Part shown: positions 35,021-43,543 of the stretch, piece by piece
How the letters are laid out: each line of letters opens with the position of its first letter
Numbering within the stretch: the stretch's first letter is position 1
Origin: a virus
Lineage: Duplodnaviria; Heunggongvirae; Uroviricota; Caudoviricetes
Length of the DNA stretch: 64,000 bases
Reading direction: 5' to 3' (one strand)
IMG/VR virus record: IMGVR_UViG_3300044699_000054
Coordinates: 1 to 64,000 of that record
Program-made: the position numbers and the translations under genes
The notes under the pieces: generated by a model
What the model was told of the DNA's origin: nothing
The model's input: only the letters and a program-made list of their open reading frames with translations
Database searches by the model: none

Positions 35021-36007
35021 TCAGTCGGGGACCGCAGAACCAGTGGTGCCGGGAGCAGTGACATGGTGATGGGCGCCAACGCCGTCGTCGCCAGGGTCAC
35101 CCTTGTCACCCTTGGGACCAGTCGGGCCAGTGGGACCCATGGGACCGGGAGGACCAGCTGGTCCTGCAGGACCGGCAGGCCCTGGTGTACCGCTGCCGCC
35201 ACCAGTATTGGCTTGAGCGACCTTGACGAAGAGGCCGGCGTACTCCCATGGCCCATACGTGTTGCCCGTGGCGTCGCCACCGGTAACGCCGAGAGTCACC
35301 AAAGCAGTTGCGCACTCCTGGCCGTAGTCGCCGTCAATCCCGAACTGGGGCAGTAGTGCGGGATTAGCCTTCTTGATCAGGGACTGCATCGCTGAAACGA
35401 CATCACCCTGGTCCCCACGCTTGCACAGCATCGTCATTGGGTCCGCTCCCTGTTCTAGAACCATGGGCATAAAAACATCCCAGGGGAACTCGGGACCAAC
35501 GTCCGTATGCGTTCCGCCATCCTCTGGGAAAGCTAGGGTAATTGCGTTGTGGTCGTTGATTCCGGTTGGGCGACTGCCAGGTGCATTGAAATACGCAGCA
35601 CGGGTCTCCGCTGTGCTCAAGCGACGCATAGCAAAGCCGTGTCGGATACAGATCTCTCGGGTCAATGCGGCTGTGGTGGTGAGGGTTGCCAGTGAGACAG
35701 GATCAAGCCACTGGGCACGGGTTTGTCGAGTACCACAGATCTCGATGTGGATCCCGATCTGATTCCCGTGATAAAGGGCGGCATGTGATCGGTCTCCGTC
35801 AGGAACTTCCTGGAGAGCTGGTCCCTGTGAATCAGTGAAGTAGTGAGTGGATGTGCCATCAGTACGGACTTTGTCGTACTGGGCTCCGTTCTCCGCTGAC
35901 GTCGGGCCTTCGGATCCAGCCGTGTAGTGCAGCGTGACAAATTGAGCTGGTCGACTTCTACCAGCGGTATAGGACCTCGGATACCCAACCCAAATAGATG
36001 TCGCCAC
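35021..36007 (-). CDS. N-acetylmuramoyl-L-alanine amidase (PGRP/Amidase_2-like) plus peptidoglycan-binding domain plus C-terminal collagen-like Gly-X-Y repeats
   Basis: HYTAG...zinc-ligand pattern. PG_binding-like DVVSAMQSLIKKANPALLPQFGIDGDYGQECATAL. GTPGPAGPAGPAGPPGPMGPTGPTGPKGDKGDPGDDG. Confidence 0.6.
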   Translation of the reverse strand: MATSIWVGYPRSYTAGRSRPAQFVTLHYTAGSEGPTSAENGAQYDKVRTDGTSTHYFTDSQGPALQEVPDGDRSHAALYHGNQIGIHIEICGTRQTRAQWLDPVSLATLTTTAALTREICIRHGFAMRRLSTAETRAAYFNAPGSRPTGINDHNAITLAFPEDGGTHTDVGPEFPWDVFMPMVLEQGADPMTMLCKRGDQGDVVSAMQSLIKKANPALLPQFGIDGDYGQECATALVTLGVTGGDATGNTYGPWEYAGLFVKVAQANTGGGSGTPGPAGPAGPAGPPGPMGPTGPTGPKGDKGDPGDDGVGAHHHVTAPGTTGSAVPD

Positions 36008-36160
36008 CGGTCACCTACTCTGGATGCTCAACGTTAGGCACTGGCTCAGCTTCTGGATCAACAACTATTTCGTTGGATGGTGCCTCTCCCCGGTCAGGGA
36101 ACTGGGTCTCAATTGACTCTTCCGTCCGGGTGTAAACCGCTTCAACAGGCTCCGGATCCG

Positions 36161-37234
36161 TCATGCAATTACTGTAGCAGGGGTACCCGCTTTTGATCCC
36201 CGTTGAATGTCATAAGCCCTGGTCCACGCCTCCAGCCATCGCCAGGAGTTCTTTTCAATGGTCTGGCTGCGCATGTACTCCCGGCCAGCTTCACCCATTT
36301 CTTGGCGCAGTGAGTCATCATCCATGAGCTTTTTGATGGCCTGGTACCAGTCCTTTGGACGATCGGCCAGGATGCCGGTTCCAGATTCCTTGTGGAATCG
36401 CCGGTACTCAGTACGTGGACTGCCGACCCAGGGCACTCCGACAGCAGCTGCTTCTACCGCCTTCAGCCGGGACTTAGAAGCATTGAATGGTGATATCTCC
36501 AACGGACACATGGAGACAGCAAGCTTTGATATTTCCGTGGTCCAGTTCTCGATGGGCACCTTGCCGGTGTAGGCAGGCTCATCATTCAGGCGCAGATTCT
36601 GCTTTAACCTTGGATGGTGGGCCAATAACTCGGAAGTCTGTATCCATCTTGGATCAGGTCCTGCACCGCCCGTCCGCATACCTGTAGATCGCCTGGGTGC
36701 GAGGTCGTCATCCCAGCCCAACCGAATACCGGCTCCTTATCAACCTTGATGTCTAGGTACCGCTCTGGAACATAGTTGTCGAGCACTGCGCCGCGACCGT
36801 GCTTGGCGTACACCTTCAGCAGACTGGCGGTGGACAGTGTGACGAGACTGGCTTCCTTGCACGCCATCTCGGAGAATTTCCAGGAGAACGGTGTATTGGA
36901 CCGTGGGTGGTAGTTGGCGTATGACGTGTTATCCCGGTGGATACAGGTTAGATCGTCATCCATATCGATTACTGTGGCCACGCCTTTGGCCCGGAGGATA
37001 GGCAACGCCTGTGGATGCCAGAAGTGCGCGAATCCGTTGCATGACAACAACATCAGCCTCGGGCGCTACTACATCAGTGACCGTGTAGCCTTCTAGATGG
37101 AGCGTGAGGCCGGTGCCTTCCTCCGGCGGCTCGATGACGATGTCATGACCCTGGGACTGAAGATGTTCAGCCGCCCATAGGAGACGGTAGTAACCACATC
37201 CACCGAGATCTGCAGGAAGGACAAGTATTCGCAA
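36161..37234 (-). CDS. GT-B (family 4/1) glycosyltransferase interrupted by two compensating frameshifts (ORFs 36956..37234, 36604..37053, 36161..36721)
   Basis: N-part MRILVLPADLGGCGYYR...GHDIVIE. Middle FAHFWHP...PVFGWAG. C-part EYRRFHKESGTGILADRPKDWYQAI...LRQEMGEAGREY (E-x7-E). The first and third pieces share a frame. Confidence 0.5.
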
Positions 37235-37248
37235 TATTCCTCCTAAAT

Positions 37249-37539
37249 CTATAGTAGGAATGGGTCGATTGGTCCAGGAGCTTTAGTAACTGCGCCTTCT
37301 GTTACCAATCGAACACTGGCAATTTTTTCGGCTATGTCAGCACTGTAACCGGCGCTTAGTTGAGCAATAGGCTGGCCGTCTTTGTCCAAAAGTTCAACGG
37401 CTACAGGAATAAGTTGGGCCACTATAAGTCGTGATTTCACTTGTTCAATAGTTAATTCAGTTTTAGTTGGATCGTCTATGTCTACAAGTCCAGTGCCCAA
37501 TTTGATCTCTCCTCTTTTTAAGTGTGTATCGATACACAA
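37249..37539 (-). CDS. small hypothetical protein (lower GC)
   Basis: 96-aa ORF between the GT4 and the minor tail genes. Confidence 0.35.
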   Translation of the reverse strand: MCIDTHLKRGEIKLGTGLVDIDDPTKTELTIEQVKSRLIVAQLIPVAVELLDKDGQPIAQLSAGYSADIAEKIASVRLVTEGAVTKAPGPIDPFLL

Positions 37540-38267
37540 GTTCCTGCGATATCAGGTCGTTCGGTTATTGAACAATAGTCTTCTACCCAAAGCCCTCCGG
37601 ATCCAATACCGTTAAGGTTTGATAGGTTAGTAACTGCAGCTCCACTTGTACGTTGATGACTTATAGTAAGTTTCGTTGAAATAACATTGTCGCTAGAATT
37701 TTTCCAGTAACCAATAAATTCAACACTACAAAAGTCACCTATACCTGCAACGCTGTTTACTCCTTGCCGCCATGCATAAAGCAGTGTTCCTACGGTTGTT
37801 GCTGTTCCCTTTCTAATTCGGATTAGATCGCCTGAGTCGTTACCAGCGGACAAGTTATTGAGCATGCCGGCAAGGTGGCATCGAAATATTCTCTGAGGGC
37901 TGAAGTCCATAGTAGGCTCAGTTGTATAGCTTGCTGAAGCTATAGCTACTTCTGCACCGCCAGAGTTAACTCCGCCAAAGCCAATTAGTGTGTTAGCACC
38001 AATCACACTTCTAGGCTCTGATGCGGTTAAAATACTGCCCAAACATAACCATGTGTTGTCTTGACGGAGCAAAGCTACTGTTTCGCCGACACCAACAGTT
38101 GATCCCCAAACGATTCCAGGTCTAACTACAGATCCACCTTGCAATGACACAATGAGTGGATACACCTGTGAAACTGTGCCAACCCGGACTGTGTTATCAG
38201 TACCAGTCCCTGGTGTGGCCGGCGCATTCGCGAGTGAAGCAACAAGTAGCTGATCAGGTCCAGTCAT
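37518..38267 (-). CDS. minor tail protein (putative)
   Basis: Gly/Ser/Thr/Asn-rich beta-type composition, in the block downstream of the tape measure. Confidence 0.4.
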   Translation of the reverse strand: MTGPDQLLVASLANAPATPGTGTDNTVRVGTVSQVYPLIVSLQGGSVVRPGIVWGSTVGVGETVALLRQDNTWLCLGSILTASEPRSVIGANTLIGFGGVNSGGAEVAIASASYTTEPTMDFSPQRIFRCHLAGMLNNLSAGNDSGDLIRIRKGTATTVGTLLYAWRQGVNSVAGIGDFCSVEFIGYWKNSSDNVISTKLTISHQRTSGAAVTNLSNLNGIGSGGLWVEDYCSITERPDIAGTCVSIHT

Positions 38268-38953
38268 CAGCCCACCCGAGTTAGCTTGATCCAGGATTCT
38301 GTCTTCAGACGAGTGTTTACCGCTTCAGCAGCATTCTGTGTCCAGCGCAACTGAAGATTCCCCGCTGTACCAACGGTAAGGACGCTGCCGTTGAGGATAC
38401 CGGCGACAAAGGTACCGATGCCGGCGCCACCACGAGCGATGGCTGTACCCGCAGCTGCAGAGAAGCCGTTGCTGAATGCGAGTGCGGTATCAGGTGCGGT
38501 GATGCCCCAAAGTGGCATGGTAAAGCCAGCTGGCCCGGTCCAGTCAAACTTGATGTCGCCAGTAGTTCCCGAGTCCCACTGAAAATATCCATATAGCTCA
38601 TAGCGAGCGTTTACCTGCATAGGCAGCAGCAGGTGGGTATCGACCACGAACACGGTGGTGTTGTTGGCAACCTGCGCCTCGGCGGACTTCCGGACCCAGA
38701 GTGGGTGATCTTCCCACCAAACGGGTGTGCCACCACCAGTTACACACCGATGCCATTGAGCTTCGGCAGTGAGGTAGCACTTTTCCCCAGCAGTGGGGCT
38801 CGGATTACGGGCTGTGCGGTCGGCTGCATTGGTGTACCGCTTGACCAGCCGGCTTTCAATAACTGCCGTCTGGTTAGTGAACGCTACAGGCGCATCAGCA
38901 GTATCAGCATCCACTGGAAGGGGGATGGCCTGGTCGGCAGTGTTAGTGGGCAT
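38267..38953 (-). CDS. minor tail protein (putative)
   Basis: Position and composition. Confidence 0.4.
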   Translation of the reverse strand: MPTNTADQAIPLPVDADTADAPVAFTNQTAVIESRLVKRYTNAADRTARNPSPTAGEKCYLTAEAQWHRCVTGGGTPVWWEDHPLWVRKSAEAQVANNTTVFVVDTHLLLPMQVNARYELYGYFQWDSGTTGDIKFDWTGPAGFTMPLWGITAPDTALAFSNGFSAAAGTAIARGGAGIGTFVAGILNGSVLTVGTAGNLQLRWTQNAAEAVNTRLKTESWIKLTRVG

Positions 38954-38965
38954 CTGGTGTATCCC

Positions 38966-39601
38966 TTACAGTGGGCAGATTCGATATACTTGGAACCCCG
39001 GAAAAGTAAAATTACCTACTGCTCCTGGTCCTCCAGTTCCATTCCATAAGACTCTGTTAGTGATTATGTCCCCAACTTCACAACGAAGAAGTGCCTGGAC
39101 CGTTTCCACCATGGAAGTAGTTGACCCATTCTGTTCGTTTCGACGCTCTCCAAACTGAGCAATGCCGTTCTTGTAGATTAGGTTTCTGATTGAGACCATT
39201 GTTGCGAACGTGTCAATGCACAAGTCTCGTGACACAACCATGTACACACCAGAAGTATTTATAGTAATTTGAGTCGGCGAACCTGGATTGAACATGTTGT
39301 CATTGTCGCGAAATGGGGCAAAGGCTGGTGCGGTCTCGACATTTGTAAAAGTAAGTGTAGTTTCTACAGCTACCGTAACTGATTGTCCTACGACAATAGG
39401 AACCAGGCACTCTTTCCTGTTAACTGCTCCAGTTGCCAGTGCCTGTGTAGCGGCTACTGCGGAGTTGACATCATTGGCAAAGTTAGCAAATGATGTGGCA
39501 TCCACAGTCTCCCCAATTAGAGGGTACCGAATACCTAATACGGGAGTTTGACCTGGCATTAGAGTACCTCGATATTTTCTGCAGACCCGAGCCGCGTACA
39601 C
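38966..39601 (-). CDS. minor tail protein (putative)
   Basis: Position and composition. Confidence 0.4.
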   Translation of the reverse strand: MYAARVCRKYRGTLMPGQTPVLGIRYPLIGETVDATSFANFANDVNSAVAATQALATGAVNRKECLVPIVVGQSVTVAVETTLTFTNVETAPAFAPFRDNDNMFNPGSPTQITINTSGVYMVVSRDLCIDTFATMVSIRNLIYKNGIAQFGERRNEQNGSTTSMVETVQALLRCEVGDIITNRVLWNGTGGPGAVGNFTFPGFQVYRICPL

Positions 39602-40221
39602 CAGAATAACAACCCATTAACTGGGACTGTCATGTTAGAAGCAGCATTAGCGTGTGTTAGCACCATGTCAATGTTGTATTTTGTGAATTCGTTATCGATC
39701 AGGACAGTTGTTTGGCCTGTAAAATACTCTGTAGCAATTGTGCTTTCAGCGTTTACACGCCGGCCAAAGGATTCTACCGTTACGGTTCCTGATGGAGTTT
39801 GCTTCCCTATTTGCGCCCTAACTAGTCGATTGGAATCGTTAGTAACTGCACCTGCGGCAACAAACGCAATTACTGCGAATCCAAGATGCCAGACGCCAGA
39901 TGAGTTGAAGGTAGTCCCGCTAAGTGATGACAGTCGCGGTTGATCTCCAAATGGCCCGGGTGGATTTAATGTGTAGTTAGAGAATATAGTGGAATTCGTT
40001 GAGAGTGAGAACTGTAAAATAGAAGCCGTTCCAAAAGGTCCGATAGCAGCGTTCGGTCCAAGCTGTATAAGAGTTGGAGGGTTAGTCTCTAAAGCAATAG
40101 CTGCTCGTTGGGCAAGTATCTTGGCCTCGATTTCCTCAGCCAATCTTTGCATGTAGATGGGCAGCGCTGCGTAGTCGTTATCGCCAGGACACGGGAGCCG
40201 GAGAATGTCAGTGAAGTTCAT
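39559..40221 (-). CDS. minor tail protein (putative)
   Basis: Position and composition. Confidence 0.4.
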   Translation of the reverse strand: MNFTDILRLPCPGDNDYAALPIYMQRLAEEIEAKILAQRAAIALETNPPTLIQLGPNAAIGPFGTASILQFSLSTNSTIFSNYTLNPPGPFGDQPRLSSLSGTTFNSSGVWHLGFAVIAFVAAGAVTNDSNRLVRAQIGKQTPSGTVTVESFGRRVNAESTIATEYFTGQTTVLIDNEFTKYNIDMVLTHANAASNMTVPVNGLLFWCTRLGSAENIEVL

Positions 40222-40838
40222 ACAACATCACTGATCCAATAAACGGAGAGTGTGATATCTGTTGCTGTGAGGATCAAACTGGCATTGCTACCCACAAAAA
40301 CGCTGTAGCCAAACTTGAAGGTCGAAGGATTGTAGATATGAGCTACGCCAATTCTCCAGTAGTATGCAGAACCAGCAGTATCTAGCATTGGGCATTGATC
40401 AAGCCATTGAGCACTTGTTCCAGATGAGAAGAAGGGACTGGTTGAAAATTCAGAGACAATTATATTCAATGTGGCACTAGTTGTTGTAACGCCATTCAGT
40501 GAAGCGACCATGGTACTGACCACGAAATATGTGCCACTACGGGTCGGTTTTATTTCAAATTGAGAATTAGTAAGATCAACCATTCCGTCCGTGTCAAATA
40601 TAACTGAGTCCCATGCCACAGGGATACCAAATGGGTTAGTTGCATCGTTGACGGAAAGAGCTGTTGTTCGCTTGACTTTAGCGCAAGGGATAGATGGCGA
40701 AATCCGCCCCGCGATGTCGTCAATAGGTACGAGCAGTCCCTCAAGGGTTTCGGTAAAGTCACACCATACATCGGGAGCGTCGCAAGGCCGGTCAGTGCCT
40801 TGCTGATACTCCAAGCCAAGTGAGGTAGTAGCTACCAC
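40218..40838 (-). CDS. minor tail protein (putative)
   Basis: Position and composition. Confidence 0.4.
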   Translation of the reverse strand: MVATTSLGLEYQQGTDRPCDAPDVWCDFTETLEGLLVPIDDIAGRISPSIPCAKVKRTTALSVNDATNPFGIPVAWDSVIFDTDGMVDLTNSQFEIKPTRSGTYFVVSTMVASLNGVTTTSATLNIIVSEFSTSPFFSSGTSAQWLDQCPMLDTAGSAYYWRIGVAHIYNPSTFKFGYSVFVGSNASLILTATDITLSVYWISDVV

Positions 40839-41948
40839 TACACTCCCTCCAGTTCACCAATAACTTGGGCTCTACATGTCACGCCCATATCCCCCGAAAC
40901 ACCTAGAGGTATGTTCATCGATGCTACAACCTGCCTCACATTGGTCCGACCCATGGCGTTTATCGTGATAACGTCTCCAAGCTCCAATGAAGCATCCGGA
41001 ACACAGGTAAAACTCCAGAATTCAGTTAAAGCTGTTGTCCGGCGCAGGTATGCATTAGCTGCATCTATAGCAGTGTCTTGGATAGCTGGTGTGTTCAGCT
41101 TTATGAGCTTGTTCTGGATCCCAAACGGCCCCAGCGTATATGTCGCTGATGATGGGTTTAGGTCAGAGACTGTGCCGTAAACCGGTGCTGTTCCATCTAA
41201 CCGTTCACCGGTAACGGTAATCTGGTTAAAGATATTTGTCCGGTCTCTAGTAACCGTGCTGGTAGTAATAGTTCCATCATCGTCATCATAGAACGTTATT
41301 ACTGGATCCCCTGGCACGGTCCATGGATACCTTCGTAAAACAAACTGTTCATCAGCTAGTGGGTACCAAAACGCACCGCAGGAAGTAGCAATTTCATCTA
41401 GCGCCTGAGATCGATCGTGTTCCCAGGTAAGTCTAGGCATTGTTTCAAAGAAGGAGTCACTGGTGCCAAAAAACGCGTCCGGGACTCCATCCGACACTAG
41501 TCTCTTGAATTCAGTTAAGACGTTTGCTCCAAAGGTACTGTTCTCGGGCTGTGAAAAGGCAGCACCTAGTACCTCATACGCACGATCAGATGCTTCAACA
41601 GTGCACGTTCCTTGGCCGGAATTCATCTGGACCCGAGTGATCCGCCCGCCGAAACACCTGCCATCTGTATTCCTCGCCATCAGCGAACCTGATTCCGCTG
41701 TAGATCTTCAGTCGGTCAGTGTACGGATTAAGCAAGCCATCAGATTCAACCGGATACAGGTCCTCGTGCAACGTGAGCGTGCATGTCCTGGAGACGCGTG
41801 AAGTCAACGTGGCTGAGACACCACCACTCATAATGATCAGATCATCTTCAAGCTGTTCATTTTCGCGCCATACCTGTACTTCAAGCAGTGGCTCAAATCC
41901 AGAAGCCAGAGCCTGCCGATACAGGAGATCAGTTCCACCTTCGAGCAT
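40838..41948 (-). CDS. minor tail protein, apparently split by a frameshift (ORFs 41595..41948 and 40838..41680)
   Basis: Two ORFs overlap by 86 nt in different frames, and both read as tail-like. Confidence 0.35.
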
Positions 41949-43543
41949 CAGGCACCTGTCTTCAGTTGACCCCAGGTGCCATGGTTCTCCACAGCAAGCC
42001 AGTTAGCGAACCCGTTCTCAACGTCAATCCAGTCACGGAAGCCAGGGTTAACGCCCCCGCCGACTCCGATGATGATGTCAGTCCAAGTCACATTGGCAGC
42101 GTTCATAGCATTCCACGTGCCATAGACAGCGCACTGCTGCGCGAACTGGGCTTCGCAGATTCCTTCGGTGGTACCGACTTGACGGTCGACAGCTGTAAAC
42201 GGAATCTCAATAAGCCGAGGTTGCCTACGATGATCGTCAAGGATCCTGGCAATGCTGGTTGTAGCAATGGCCATGTACCGGTCAGGTATCCCGTACTGAG
42301 GCGGTCCTTCGAAGAATAGTGGTGAGCCAGGATCTAGTAAGGTGATCAATGCGTCGCGATCTGTAAACAATTTACTGATCAGATGCAGCGTGGAGCTGGC
42401 ATCACGACGTTGACGATTTACTGGGATCGGCCGCTTGGAATTGGTCGGATTGACCAGGATGGCGTTAGCGTCATACCGTTCGACGTCCATGGCCTGGAAC
42501 ACAATGCCAGCGGTCGGATCACAGAGGGTGGTGTCTGGGAACAAGAGCCCAACAAGCTTGTCGTGGCATGGGCGAACGGGATCACGGAGCCAGAACTTCC
42601 CGTTACTAGCAAGCGTGATACTGCCCGTGGAAGCAGTGATGGCGCTCGGGTCATCGTTAACTGTTACCGCGAGCAGTTCAAAGGGAACGGTAAGGCCGGC
42701 GTTGGTGTTACCAGCTAGACGCTGCGCCCGAAGACCGATCTGTCCGCCGCTGAGCGTGGAGTCAGTAGTTGTCAGTGACCAGGCATCAGGCTCCGCTGCC
42801 CCTGCAAGCCAGATCTTTGCCCGTAAGGTTGACCCAGAGGCTTCAAACCTGGTGTTGAAAATGGAACCAGGAGCATAGGTAGCAACACTGCTAGCGGCCA
42901 CCAATGCTGATATAGCTCCACCTACGTCTTCGGCGATGGATATGTCGACGTTCCCGGCCGTTGTCATCGATACCAGGAACTCGTACCAGTTATTAGCATC
43001 TTGACGCCGCAGTACGGTCGCGACTGTGTACGGGGCCACTGTGGCTGTTGCTGGTGCAGTGAACGACATGAACACGCTGAGGTTCAGAACATTGACCGTG
43101 GTCATGTTCATGTTTCTGCTGGCAGCAGTGTCGGCAAGGACCATGGTGCCTTGCGTTCCGTTCACGTCATACTCTGTGCCGACACCGCCGGCAAAGGTCC
43201 AAGCCTGCCCGCTGTTGGCAGTTCCCCAGGAGTCGGAAACAGTGCGTGCGAAGTCATCGAAGATTTCGTTGGAACTGGTGATTGTTCCACCGTCGGTGGT
43301 GTAGAAGAACGGAGTGTCAAACGGCATCTCCGTGTCCCAGAAGATGGCTTGTCCACCAGACAATCCCTGATACTCACCCAGCTCCGAACAAGGGTTGATG
43401 TATGTCCTCAGTGGAGCAGTAGCTCCGGTAGAGACCGTGGTACGGATGACTCTGGCGCAGGTTACCCAGTCCACATCAGCCCAGTTCACCTGAACCAGGA
43501 CACGGCCCAAGCTCGGGAACGGGTACGCGTTGATGATTGGCAT
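41948..43543 (-). CDS. minor tail protein (distal tail/baseplate-like, 531 aa)
   Basis: Immediately downstream of the tape measure. Ser/Thr/Gly/Ala-rich. Confidence 0.5.
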   Translation of the reverse strand: MPIINAYPFPSLGRVLVQVNWADVDWVTCARVIRTTVSTGATAPLRTYINPCSELGEYQGLSGGQAIFWDTEMPFDTPFFYTTDGGTITSSNEIFDDFARTVSDSWGTANSGQAWTFAGGVGTEYDVNGTQGTMVLADTAASRNMNMTTVNVLNLSVFMSFTAPATATVAPYTVATVLRRQDANNWYEFLVSMTTAGNVDISIAEDVGGAISALVAASSVATYAPGSIFNTRFEASGSTLRAKIWLAGAAEPDAWSLTTTDSTLSGGQIGLRAQRLAGNTNAGLTVPFELLAVTVNDDPSAITASTGSITLASNGKFWLRDPVRPCHDKLVGLLFPDTTLCDPTAGIVFQAMDVERYDANAILVNPTNSKRPIPVNRQRRDASSTLHLISKLFTDRDALITLLDPGSPLFFEGPPQYGIPDRYMAIATTSIARILDDHRRQPRLIEIPFTAVDRQVGTTEGICEAQFAQQCAVYGTWNAMNAANVTWTDIIIGVGGGVNPGFRDWIDVENGFANWLAVENHGTWGQLKTGA

